From assembly GCF_006345805.1 (NCBI RefSeq), contig NC_043005.1, forward strand, positions 53,692,001-53,756,000: a DNA stretch of 64,000 nucleotides, written 5' to 3'. The translations under genes were made by a program, and so were the position numbers. This DNA is from Octopus sinensis (Eukaryota). Positions 26,477 to 39,980 of this stretch are shown here, in pieces. The notes below the pieces were generated by a model. That model ran no database searches, was not told the DNA's origin, and worked only from the letters and a program-made list of their open reading frames with translations. The first letter of the stretch is position 1. Each line of letters begins with the position of its first letter.

Positions 26477-27690
26477 CAGGGTGTGGCGAATAACTTGTCT
26501 AAATTGCACAATATTGAAAATAACACTGATATCTCATTTTAATAGATACATGTACCAAAATTACATAAAAGTATCTTCAAATACAAAAGAGTTAATTTAT
26601 TCAACAAAATCGCCATTGTCTTCAATCATGACCTCCAGACAACTTTGGAATCTCCTGTGACTCTTCTGGGATGGTCTCCTTATTTAAGTTGGTGAATGCT
26701 GCCATAATCCTTGTCTTATGTTTATCTTTGGTGTTACAAGGAGTTTTGTTAGTCTTTCGCTCAACTGTGCCCCACACAGAATAATCAAAGGGCTTGCAGT
26801 CTGGAGAGTTAGGTGGCCAGATGTTAGGAGCGATGTGGTCACAGAAATTGTCTGACAGGTATGAATGGTTTCTCCTGCTTTTGTTGCATGGAGCAGGGTC
26901 CTGTTGCCAGACATAGAGTCTTCCAGCAGGTACCCTCTTGACCCAGGGCAGCACTACCTCTTCCAAGCACTTGATGTAGACCACCGTGTTGAGTTTGAGG
27001 CCGTGTGGGAAGATGACTGGAAGCATAATGTCACCAACACTAGTGATCACTCCAAACACCTTGATGTTGAGTGGATGTTTGATTTTTATCACTCTCAGTA
27101 TATGTTTTGAGTGCACAGCAAGCCAACAGTTTGTTCTGTGTGTTCCCCATCTGATACTGGCAAAAAGTTTTCTCATCTAAAACAACCAAAGCATGTTCAG
27201 TTAGAAGGGATGCTTGAGTTTGTCCCAAAACTTCATAGCATGATCTTTCCTGTTGTCCTTGATGGCTTGGGATAAAAATTGGCCCTTTCTCATCTTGTAT
27301 GAAGAATACTGAATGCCTTCATGCACCACCTGCTTGATAAGAAACTGAGACACACCCATGTCCCAAGCAATAATCTGATTGACTTGGAGGGATCATTGTC
27401 AATCATGGCCTGAATCTCACCAACAAATTCGGGAGTTATTTTCTTATCAGAATGATCAGAGTGAGTTTTCCAAGCTGCAATACCTTCATAATCACCATTA
27501 GACTCATGCAACTCATTTCAAATCCTCTGCAGTCCTCAGATTGACACCCAAACACTCATAAATGTTTGTATTGGAGCTTCCAGCATGAATGCCAAGCACT
27601 ACAGCATGTCATTTCTAAATTTCTGACAGAGGGAATTGCATCATGGTGCTGTTTTTCTAACACACGGTGCCCAGCTGACCCTACTATACT
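26477..27690 (-). mobile_element. maT-type (DD37D) Tc1/mariner transposon relic with a frameshifted transposase
   Basis: WQQD-x37-D spacing in WQQDPAPC...WPPNSPDCKPFDY (ORF 26622-27176), with N-terminal fragments in 27290-27511. The left end is TA|CAGGGTGTGG and the right TIR is not recognisable. Confidence 0.8.
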
Positions 27691-28279
27691 GTATAGTTAA
27701 CAAAATCAAAAACACACAATGCACATGCTCAAGATCAAAATATAAAATGGCGAGAATTTACCAATCACAGGCTGTCTGTGTGTGTGTATACACATGTATG
27801 TAAATGGGTATACATACATACATTTATATATATACACACACCACACACAAAGACACACAAACACACATAAATGCACACACATAAGTACCAATGTTTGTGT
27901 GTCAATGTATTTGGAAATATTTACAGACAAATCTCACATTCTGTGATTTAAATTTGAAATTTTATATCCAAAATTCTGAAGCACTTTGATGTAGTGAATC
28001 AAACCCTAAAGAATTTTGGCTCGAAATCCAAGACATATTCATTTTGTTTACAACAAAGGCCTCACATTTTGATTTACAGCAGACAAGTACATATAAATAT
28101 AATTATCTCCAACTAATATTCTTTTTGTGATAATATCGATAGTGTGGGTTTGGTAGGTTATTCATTTGCTTGATTTTTACATCCATTTTTCCATGTCAGC
28201 ATGGGTTATATGAATATAGCATTGGGGCATTGATCGGAGGAGGTAGGTATGTTGATAAGTAACTACGTAGGTAGGCAGT

Positions 28280-28320
28280 CATGTGGATAGACAGACAGAC
28301 AGACAGACAGACAGGCAGAC

Positions 28321-28407
<87 letters not shown>

Positions 28408-29259
28408 TGGAGGGACAGAACAACAGACAAACAGTACAAAACGATATATAGAAAGATAAAAAGAGAGAGAGAGATGGATAGAAAGATTAATACATGTACT
28501 GACAGACTGATGGAGAGACAAGTAGGCAGAGAGACAACTAGACAGACAGACAAAACAAGCAGACTGACAGACAAACAGATAGATAGATAGATAAATAGAT
28601 AGATATGAATAACTGGATAGAGATAGAGAGAAAGAGAGAGAAAGAGAACGAGAGGGAGGGATGGATGGATGGATAGCTCGATAAATAGAGAGATAGATAG
28701 ACGCACAGACACTCAGATAGCCAGACAGACAGGAAGACAGATAGATAGAGAGATAGATAGACACACACAGACAACCGAACAGATGCAAACCCTAAGAGAG
28801 ACAGACACACAGACAGACCAAGTAGACAGACAGGCAGACGGACAGGCAGAGAGATAGACAGACAGACTGACAGAAACCTAGACAGCCATAAAAATAGACA
28901 AAGAAATAGACAAAAAGAAATAAACTGATACATGGCCAAATAGATATATAAATAGGTTATATAAAAAACTGACTAGACAATTATGCATGTGTGTGAGTGT
29001 GTGCATTTGTGTGTGCATTTGTGTGTGCATGTGTGTGTGTATGTATTACTAGATATAAATGGATAGATAGACAGATAAACAGACAGACGAAAACAGACTC
29101 AAGTGGAGTTAACTTACTGTATGTAGTGAGCCAAATGGATGAATGGATGTAGACACACAAATGAACTATTAGTATATAGACAGAGACAGACAGACAGACA
29201 GACCAATCGATTGGTCGATAGATGGATAGATAGAAAGATAAATTGGTAGACAGACAGAC

Positions 29260-29302
<43 letters not shown>

Positions 29303-29426
29303 TTGCTAAATTGATATATATATATATATACATAGTACAGACAGACAGACAGATAGAAAGATAGATAGACAGACAGACAGACAGACAGGTAGATGCATAG
29401 ATGGACATGCAGAGAGACAGATAGAT

Positions 29427-29464
<38 letters not shown>

Positions 29465-29642
29465 AAGATAGAGATTGCTAAATTGATAGATACATAAACA
29501 GACAGGCAGACAGATATATATATATATATAGTACAGACAGACACAGATAGAAAGATAGAGAGAGACAGAGAGACAGAGAGACAGACAGAAAGATAGATGC
29601 ATAGACGGACACACAGAGAGATAGATAGATAGATAGATAGAT

Positions 29643-29683
<41 letters not shown>

Positions 29684-29830
29684 CAGATAGATAGATCGAT
29701 AGATAGATAGATAGATAGAAAGAAAGAAAGACAGAGTCAAGCATAAACACACACATAGACAAACAGACAAAAAGACAGGCAGACAAATACATAGATAAAT
29801 ATATCGATAGATAGATAGATAGACAGAAAT
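28280..29830. repeat. Complex GATA/GACA/GAGA block with internal higher-order duplications
   Basis: Purine-rich plus strand with a repeated GAGATTGCTAAATTGATA landmark at about 29300 and 29470. Confidence 0.9.
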
Positions 29831-30800
29831 AAATTAGCCGTCAATAACAGTATATAATGTATTGATCTGGAATAGTATCTCTTGGCAGGAATTTCAATAT
29901 TGTGTCCTCCTTCATAAATAACCCCAACTCTACAATTCAGTTTATTTTTATAGCAAAATGGCTGAAGACTATTGATCATTATTAATGATTTTAAATATTG
30001 ACAGAGTGCTTTTAACAAACCTCTCAATGTAAAATACTAATTTTTACATCAAATTGAAGAAGAAAACAGTCATGTTTGTTTTATATTTTTTTCCTTGGGC
30101 ATATTTTTGTTTGTTTGGTTTTGCTTTTTTTTATTTTTATCCACTTGCTAATACTATCGCAGATTGTGATATGATATAGATCCCAAATAATTGGTTCTCC
30201 ATTGAAAGATTTGTATAAGCAGGAATATATTTGTAGGTGGAGAATAGTTCTGTAAATGTATATAGTTGGAGACTGAGAAGTTTATAGTGTGTCCGTAGAT
30301 TAAGAGTTCTATGGTTCACATATGATCACCAATATTTTTAGTATTATTCAAGTGGCGAGCTGGCTGAAATGTTAGCACACCGGGTGAAATGCTTGGCGGT
30401 ATTTCATCTGTTTTTAAGTTTTGAGTTCAAATTCTGCCAAGGTTGACTTTGCCTTTCATCCTTTCAGGGTCGACAAATTAAGTACCATTTCAATATTGGG
30501 GTCAATCTAATCGACTGCTCCCTGTCCCCCAAAATTGTGGGCCTTGTGCCTAGAGTAGAAAATAATATTTGTTTTGTTAGGAATCATGAGCTTAACTCTC
30601 AAGTTCTTTTACTTGTTTCAGTTACTTAACTTTGGCCATATGGGAGACCACCTTGAAGGGTTTTAGGCGAACAAGTCAACCCCAGAGTTTATTTCTTAAG
30701 CCAAGTACTTATTTTACCGGTCTCTTTTGAGGTGATGGAGGAACAAACACAGACACAAAGACACACACACATAAATATGTACATATATATATATATATAT

Positions 30801-30834
<34 letters not shown>

Positions 30835-30843
30835 ATATACATG

Positions 30844-30885
<42 letters not shown>

Positions 30886-31017
30886 TGTGTGTGTGTGTGT
30901 ATACAAGTTCAGTAAAATTTAGATTCAAATGAATATGGTACTTAAGTTAAAGGCACCAGAATTTAGTATGGTAATTCAAAATTGGGTGATTATAATCAAA
31001 ATAAGCAAGAAGGATAT

Positions 31018-31055
<38 letters not shown>

Positions 31056-31057
<2 letters not shown>

Positions 31058-31452
31058 TTCTTTATTAGCCACATAGGGTTACACACAGATGGGACAAATT
31101 ACAAGGTAGAGCTTTTCTTTTTGGGGAGAAAAAATAGGGTGGGGGTAGGTTTTCAATCAAAAGTGATCGTAAAAAAAGAAGGAAAAAGGAAAGAGAAGGA
31201 GGAAAGCAAAAAAAAATCGATCAATAGGGATCGTGTATTACAGAAATGTCATGATATAAAGTGTAAAGGGGGAAACAGATGAGTTTTATCCGTGGAAAGA
31301 AAAGCCTACGCAAAAGACCACGGTAACCTCGATCAAAAATGTCACTTGTTAATACATTCCAGGGATCTTTGGAAGTTGTCTATAGGTCCCGGCCCAAAAG
31401 TCGTCTTAAACAGGAGGGTCAGGTATTCCTCGTCGACGCCCAGGTTCGCCCC
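31056..31452 (-). mobile_element. Probable 3' end of an unclassified retroelement, abutting (TA)n
   Basis: Short terminal reading frame (..GVDEEYLTLLFKTTFGPGPIDNFQRSLECINK*), then UTR-like sequence with AATAAA at the end. CpG-richer than its flanks. Confidence 0.4.
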
Positions 31453-32107
31453 AGAAGGGTTTCTTTCAGCTTCTGTCTACCAAATCCACTCACAAGGCTT
31501 TCATCAGCCTGAATCTATAGTAGAAGACACTCAACCAAAGTACCACAAATTGGGACTGAACCCAGAACCATATGGTGGAACGCAAGCTTCTTACCACACA
31601 ACCACACTCAGATCTTTCTTTTCATTTTCTATTGTATGACAAGGATATGCTGTTGCAGTGTTAATCTTTTATTTTTATTAGTCTTAGTCATTTTGACTGT
31701 GGCCATGATGGAGCACCACCTTGAAAGGATTTTAGTTAATTGAATTGACCCCAGAGCTTATTATTTTCCTTTTAAAGCCTGGTACTTATTGAATTAGTTT
31801 CTTTTGCTGAACTACTTAGTTACAGAGCCATAAACAAACCAACACCAGCTGTTAAGTAGTGGTAGGGGACAAACACAGACACTAAAACACACACACTCAC
31901 ACACATGCACATACAAGTTCACACACATACACATACACATATATACAACTGGATTCCTTCAGTTTCTGTCTACTAAAAGCACTCTCAAGGCTTTGGTCAG
32001 CCTGAGGTTATAGTAGAAGACTCTTGTTCAGGGTGCCATGCAGTACGACTGAACTTGGAACCATGGGGTAAAAAAGTAAGCTTCTTACCACACAGTCACG
32101 CCTGAAA

Positions 32108-32490
32108 ATTTTGATGTAACATGGAATACTATCTTGCAAAACCGATTTTTTCATTGATATCCATGTGGAACTGTGAAATACAAAACTTATTTTTCATTGA
32201 CTTTCATGTGAAATCTCATATCATAAAGCCACTTTTCTATTGACATCTATGTGGAATTCCCATCATGGAAAATTGCATTTTCTCCATTTATTTTCATGTG
32301 GAATTCTGTAACAAAAAATTAATTTCCCAGTTGACACACATGAAGATTTCCACAATACAAAATCTATTTTCTTAATGACTTTCATATAAATTTCCACAAC
32401 ACAAAATTGATTTTCCCATTGACTTGTAAGTTAAGTTCTGTAAAGAAAACTTAATTTTCCTATTGGCTTCCACATGGAATTCTGAAAAGT
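32108..32490. repeat. Degenerate ~44-bp minisatellite, about 8-9 units
   Basis: CATGTG-like cores at 32162, 32205, 32248, 32295, 32339 and 32383. Confidence 0.75.
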
Positions 32491-34026
32491 AACATGAATT
32501 ATCTAATTCCAGCTCAACCAAGTCAACATTTTTGTTTACTGTTTGCATAAGTATAACTTCAAAAATTATTGGCCTATGAACAATCAAGTTAGTATTTGTA
32601 GCTGACAAAGCAGAACAATACAGAAATACATGTATCTAACAGTCTAATGGTATTACCCACAACCTAAAAGAATATGTATTTACTCAAGTCTAGATGGAGA
32701 ATTTTCTCTCAGACTATTCTCGTAGACTTAGGATTTCTCATGGTCAATTACAAAAGAAAATGTTAAACACGACTTAACATGATTATAATTTCCCTTTGCT
32801 TTCATGTTCAATTCTGAAAATACAAAATATATTTTCCCATGACTTCGCTATTATATATGTTATGTAAAGTCAAGGAGTAAAAAAGTGTTGCTATGTAATC
32901 TAATTCTACATTATAGCAAAATTTTCAGGAATGCAATGATTCTATAATTGCAGGAGATGTCTGTGGTAGGTATTAATAAGTAACATAATTTCACTAGTAT
33001 AAAAAAAACAAGAAGCACTGTGGAATTGATGAGTAACATATTAGTTTGTCATGTTTGGAAATAATTCCTTCTTTGTTAGACCATTGTCCAGTGTCTGTGT
33101 CCAAGGTTATTTTTGTACCTCAGCTTTTTAATACTGCAGAAACCAATAAGATGGTCCAAGGAATGTTTGAGGCTTGAGAAACAATTAACTTTAACCAAAG
33201 ATATGAAAATTAAAGTCCAACATGATGGAATCTCAAGCGAGCAGCTTGCTTGCATGAGAATATGATTTTCTTGGTCAGCCAAAACAGTAAAATCATATCA
33301 GTTGTAGAGGCATAATAATCTCAATTATTATAAAGAATCTATCATTAGCTTTCTAATATGAGGAAACAAATTTTGATGCAGAGCCAGGAAATTTAGAAGC
33401 AGGACTAGTCACTTATATTTACTCCAGTGCTCAAATGGTACTTAATTTAGCGACCTCTGGAAGAATGAAAGGTAAAGGCAACTTTAGTGGAATTTGAAAT
33501 CAGAATTCAAAGACAGACAAAATGCTGCAAAATGCAAACAGTTCTGCTTGCTCAGTGCCATAAAAATCTAAGTAAATATTAAGTAAAAATTATTTTAGCA
33601 TGGGACCACAGGGTACAGCATTTGTCTGAATTGGTAGCCACCTTCCTAGACTACATACATAAGATGGGTTTCCTTTTAGTAACCATTTAAATTTTTTATT
33701 CTACCAATACTCATCCAATATGTTGGTTCCAATGAGTTTGTCTTTTCGTTATTATTTATCATTTCCATAAGGCAGCAAGCTGACAGAATCATTAGCATGC
33801 TGGGTTAAATACTCAGTGGTATTTCATCTGTCTTTTTGTTCTGAGCTCGAATTCCACCAAGGTCAAATTTGCCTTAGATCCTTTTGGTGGGTGGTTGATA
33901 AATTAAGTACCAGTTATACACTGGGGTCAATGTAAATGACTAACCCTCTCCCCCAAAATTTTGGGCCTTGTGCCTTTAGTAGAAAGGATTATACATTATT
34001 TTCATGCTTTTCTTTTTTTATTCCAG

Positions 34027-34087
34027 ATTATTTTGGTTATCATACCTCATAAGAAGGTATTATTTCAAAGATAAACTCATACAGTTG
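34027..34087 (+). CDS. Candidate exon (LFWLSYLIRRYYFKDKLIQL), phase 2 to 0
   Basis: Strong pyrimidine tract ending TTATTCCAG and donor GTAATG. Phase-compatible with 21700-21764. Confidence 0.35.
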
Positions 34088-34368
34088 GTAATGATGTGGC
34101 TCATGTTTTCAGTTTTCATTTGGCATAATCTGCAATGATTGTCCATTGAATGTCCTTAATTTTTGGAAAAGGAACTTTTACAGGATTTTTTTTCTTGTAT
34201 TGATGGGAATAACCAATCAAATGAGTTGCTTTCAATTTGTCATTTCATGTTTACTTTTTAAGTTAGTTTAGTACTAACATGTAGGCATGGAATGACCAAA
34301 TAATTAAAGAGTTTAGTTTGCAACCACAAGGTCTTAGGTTCAATGTCACATCATGGTATCTTGGACAA

Positions 34369-34448
34369 ATTAGCTATGTGTTATCCCGTTTCATGGCATC
34401 TTGGAAATTTGTCCAAGATGCCATGAAACGGGATAACACATAGCTAAT
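34369..34448. repeat. Perfect 37-bp-arm palindrome with a 6-nt loop
   Basis: 34369-34405 is the exact reverse complement of 34412-34448. Confidence 0.92.
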
Positions 34449-34854
34449 GAATGAAAGGGTGAAGATGGAAACTGTGCAGAAGCCCATCGAGTGAATTGTT
34501 CATGTAATTTCTGAACAAGACAGACTCTGATTCTGTCTTGGAATTACATTAATCCTTTAGTGTTCAGCTCATTCTGACAAATGTAATGCTTATTTATTCA
34601 TATTATTTTGAATTAATCATGCCTTATCTTACTCTTTACTCTTTTACTTATTTCAGTCATTTGACTGTGGCCATGCTGCAGCACCACCTTTAGTCAAGCA
34701 AATCGACCCCAGGACTTATTCTTTGTAAGCCTAGTACTTATTCTATCGGTCTCTTTTGCCGAACTGCTAAGTTACAGAGACGTAAACACACCAGCATCGG
34801 TTGTCAAGCAATGTTGGGGAGACAAACACAGACACACAAACATATACACACATA

Positions 34855-34896
<42 letters not shown>

Positions 34897-37800
34897 TACA
34901 ATGGGCTTCTTTCAGTTTCTGTCTGCCAAATCCACTCACAAGGCTTTCGTCGGCCCGAGGCTATAGTAGAAGACACTTGCCCAAGGTGCTACACAGTGGG
35001 ACTGAACCTGGGACCATGTGGTTGGTATGCAAGCTACTTACCACACAACCACTCCTACGCCTTGTAGATTTGAAATTTCAATGATGTGATTGTTTAATTT
35101 TAGAAGGACATTGGTGGGTTGGTGTGAAATGCTGGATCTAGTTGGTTTGCTTGTAAAACAAGTAGAATATTTGCGCCAGATATAGCCGGATTAAATGCTA
35201 AAATGGTTAAAGGTACAAATGACTGAGGATTTTCAATCATTTACACATTAATTCAAGAGCAGATAATTCAGCTGATTAAAGAACCGAATCTTCATCGTTA
35301 AATATCAGAGATTCACCAATACTACTCAAGTCTGTGTTTTGGTTTTTTTCCATTCTAAGTAATCACATCCAATCTTCTCAATGAACAGATCTATTTTTGC
35401 ACATACATTATATGAAATATAAATCAGTTCTGCTGTTATATATTATCGTTCATACTTTATTGAAAAACAATAATAAACCTCATTATAGAGATACAAGCTT
35501 GCAGAATAATATACAAATATCTTGTTTTTGCAACACACGGAGCAACTAGTAAATTAACTGAGTCTCAGTTTATTGTAAGGTTGCTGTTTAGTTTCAAAAT
35601 AAAGTATTTCTATAAAGAAGATTCCACTAATATAAACAAATCTATGTGCATAATGATATATGCATTAATAAAATAAGTTTAAGTAGGAGTTAACTTCAGA
35701 GAACAAACATAGATTATTCTGACTCACACCCTCCTCGCTTTAAATCAATTTCAGAAAGAAAAATGCAAATTAAATACGGCATGAGAGTGATTGTATTTAT
35801 TTATTTATGTTTTTTATTTAATTTTTTTTTATTTTATTATTATTTGCTCTCTGTGGTATGTGGGTGTGTGTTTGCTGTGTCTCGTTTTTAATTTTTCATA
35901 TATTCATATGAAAGTACCATTTTCTGGAACAGCTATTGTCCCCTTCTGACAGTAATTTACAATGAATAAAGAGCACATATCATTAAGGAGACATAGATTT
36001 ATATGTGCACCAGCTGAACTACACATTAAGAGGAAAAAATTACATGACTGAAATTGTTAGGCCTGGCATATTTATTAGATTAAAGATTACATCCAATAGC
36101 TTTTGAAATTGAAAAATGTCCATTTAAGAGAAGACAATTTCGGTAATTTTCATCTCAATCTAAAGTGAAGACAAGATACAGAATAGATGCACTTGTCAGT
36201 ATTTTCATATTTCTAATATGAAATAAATAAATACATAAATATATAAATAAATGTATGAATTTATTACAATTGTAGTAATATTCAGCCCACTAAAACTATA
36301 TTTCCAACCAAGTTTTATATATATATAAAGTGAATTAGATATTTTTAAGAAGGATATCATGTAAATACATTTACATCAATTCACTAACTTCAGCATTTCT
36401 GTCAACAGAAATCATATTAAAACCACAGTATAGCACAGTATATTGCAAGATAAGTACTTTCACTATTTAAGCTTCTCTTAAGCCTGTCCACTTTTGTCAT
36501 ATTGGATAAGTCTTTTCTGCATGAACAAGCATAAATAAGTGAATAACGAATTTTTAGAGACTTTTCTCTGAGTTGGATGTCTAAGATCTGAAATAAATAA
36601 ATCTTTCTTTAAAAATTCTATGCCAAACAACTGCACAGAAAGGATTAATATTTTGCTAAGTTTTAAATGAAAAATATTATTATCAGTAGAATATTTCAGA
36701 TCATTAGATAATTTTATTGTTGTTATTATTTAAATGGTGTATATATATATACAAGGTAGCGAGCTGGCAGAAACGTTAGCACGCCGGGCAAAATGCGTAG
36801 CCGTATTTCGTCTGCCATTACGTTCTGAATTCAAATTCCGCCAAGGTATCCTTTGCCTTTCATCCTTTGGGGGTTGATAAATTAAGTACTAGTTACGCAC
36901 TGAGGTCGATATAATTGACTTAATCCATTTGTCTGTCCTTGTTTGTCCTCTCTGTGTTTAGCCCCTTGTGGGTAGTAAAGAAATAGGTATAGATATATAC
37001 CATATATTCATACAACTTGACTGTAGATACTGAGTAAATTAATATATAGCAAAAGGTGTGGTATGTAGCTGAGAAAACAGACCATAATATCTAACTCAAG
37101 AGAGAGGATGAGTGGTGTAGAGGGAATGAGCATTGGGGATAGTAGAAACATCTGGCCCAGAGTTGCAATAATTGACTCAATGAAGCTCATGCTGTTGTGT
37201 GGGAGTTTTGTTCCCTATTCTGGTGGGTGTTCCCAGACCACTTTGGTGTTGTGGTGGAAGGGGACAAAACACCTATCAAGCTGCTTCACAATCTGATGAA
37301 CCTTTGACTCTTACATTTGGAGATGGATAAAGTAGCATCCTCAGAACACAAATTTACCCCAAAATGTTTACCCTAAAATGTTGTTGGGCTGTGGTATGTA
37401 TTGGTGAAGTACTTGCCTTTAGCATTCCTCTGATTGACAAACAATTGGAAAATAATACTATTAAATTATCATTGGAATTATAAATAATTAATGGTGTTTG
37501 GAATTATGTTACATGACAGGTGCCAGTTAGTTTGACAAATATTTATATCATTTTGTAGGCCACTGATATACAGTTTGACCAGAAATCCCAAGACACAAGG
37601 AATAAAGAATGTGACAATGATTAAGCCAAGGAATTGATCCAGCATCCTAAAACTCAGCTGATCGATGGGCCAATGAGGTAACTTGATCTGCTGGAAATAA
37701 CCAAACATCCATATATTTACATCCCCACAATCTGAGAAATGGAAGGACATATTGAACAATGTGGTTACTGATACATAAAATTGTGGAATGGTCATGAATG

Positions 37801-39415
37801 GAATGGCTTTGAAGACCTGCTCAATCAGGGCTTACCTAGGGTTAAACATCAGCAATAACGATTCTCACAGCTAACAAATTATCATCCTCATCATTATCAT
37901 TCTGTAGAAATTTCATGTTTAAACATTAAACAAGGTTAAATCATAAGATGGAGTTCACTCAGTTAATAGAACATCTTCCTGCAGTGATCTGCACTTATAG
38001 TGTACCTGCTAATATCTTTGTAGACTGAGCCAGTTGGTAAGTGTTACCAGTTAGTAGGTGCAGGAGTGGCTGTGTGGCAAATAGCTTGCTTACCAACCAC
38101 ATGGTTCCAGGTTCATTCCCACTGTGTGGCCCCTTGGGCAAGTGTCTTCTACTATAGTCTTAGGCCGACCAAAGCCTTGTGAGTGGATTTGGTAGACGGA
38201 AACTGAAAGAAGCCTGTCGTATATATGTATAGATATATATGTATGTGTGTGTATATATTTGTGTGTCTGTGTTTGTCCCCCAACATCGCTTGACAACCGA
38301 TGTTGGTGTGTTTACGTCCCCGTAACTTAGTGGTTCAAAAAAAGAGACCAATAGAATAAATACTAGGCTTCCAAAGAATAAGTCCTAGGGTCGATTTGCC
38401 CGACTAAAGGCGGTGCTCCAGCATGGCCACAGTCAAATGACTGAAACAATTAAAAGAGTAAAAGAGTTAAAAGATGCAATTTGCAGATCCTTCATCTCTG
38501 TATTACACAGTACCAAACATGATTATAATTATGGATTGGCTGGATCATTAGAACATGGAACATATTGCTTTGGAATATTTGTGCAGCTCTGTATATTCTG
38601 TGTTCAAATCTTATTTAGGTCAACTTTGCCTTCAGAGAGTCAATAAAATATATTACTAGTTCAGTGTTGTAGATTGGCATTGGACACAGTACTTAACTAT
38701 GTTACTTCCATCTCTTTCTTTCTTTCTTCCTTTTTTCTTTCTTTGTTTCCTTTCCTTCCTTTTCCTTTCTTCCTTTTTCTCTCCTTGTAACTATAGGCAT
38801 TGGCAATCATGGGACTCCTTGTCAAAGCCTGAATGATTAAGAAAGATACAGTAGTGGTTTACTGATGCCTTCTTTAGATTTATCTACAGTTTATTCAACT
38901 AGTCTCCTACTCTCCTCAGCTTACTTTTGGAGCACAGAGCCTACTTAGTCCTTAGGCATGTCCACACTCTGGTGAGCCAAACACATGTCTAGGGCTCAGC
39001 ATGTCTAGACATATGTCTAGGACCCAACATTCCTTCAAGCCCTCTGTACCTTAACCATAGGACCATCTCCTAATTGATTAATAACTGGAGCCCTTCATGG
39101 GTACTACCACTTCAGATCAAAGCAAAGTTAGGAATAGGGGTGGATATCCAAGTAGCTAAAACATGTCAGCAGATGGGCATCCAGCAGTCATGACCTGAAT
39201 GTGACCCAGCCCCTTTAAAGTGTAAGAAGTTAAGGGCCAAAACTCTCACCTGAGTGAGGTTTCTTCTCTGATAACCTTCTAATGTTTAGTTCTCTTGAGA
39301 GTTTCTAACTAGCGGTAATATATTTTCTCAGCCCCACAAGGATGAAGAGATAAAATTGACCCCAGCAGGATTTGAGCTCAAAATGTGACGAGGTATAGCT
39401 AAATACTACAAAGTA

Positions 39416-39980
39416 TTGGGTTGTCCGGAAAGTTCGTGCTGATTTTTAAAGGAAAGGAAAAGGTCAATAAATACTTGCCATTACATTTTTAATCAACGAA
39501 ATATGAACCATTTTGTTGCACAATGCGTCTCCATATTTCCTTTAACTTGAAAATGCCCTCTTCCCAGAATTGAGGTGGTTTCATAGCAAAGAATTCATCA
39601 AGGTATCTTTTTATGTCATCCAAGGAATTGAAATTTTTACCATTAGCACTTTTCTGCAGAGACCTGAATAAGTGGAAATCTGAAGGAGCAATATCAGGTG
39701 AATATGGAGGGTGAGGTAACACATCTCAGCCGAGCTGCAGCAATTTTTGTCTGGTTCCCAAAGCATCAAGTGCCAAAAATGAACTTTCTTATCTGCCATT
39801 TTAAAGGGTTACAAAATTAAAACAGGTTATAGGAACATAAATATTCCTTCACGAAAAAATATCTTAAACTGTGCTCTAAATGGAGTGTAGTCAAATCCTA
39901 TTTTATGGATTCAACCATGGTCTAAAATAAGTCGAAAGGTTAGCTACTTTAAATCGGCATAAACTTTCCGGACAACCTAA
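39416..39980 (-). mobile_element. Internally deleted mariner (DD34D type) with both TIRs and TA TSD
   Basis: TA|TTGGGTTGTCCGGAAAGTT at the left end and AACTTTCCGGACAACCTAA|TA at the right. ORF reads HPPYSPDIAPSDFHLFRSLQ. Confidence 0.92.

Noticed and set aside
33076-33282. Medium ORFs in unique DNA, also at 54912-55172 and 36420-36588(-)
   Set aside because: No recognisable domain and no consistent splice phases. Lengths are compatible with chance.
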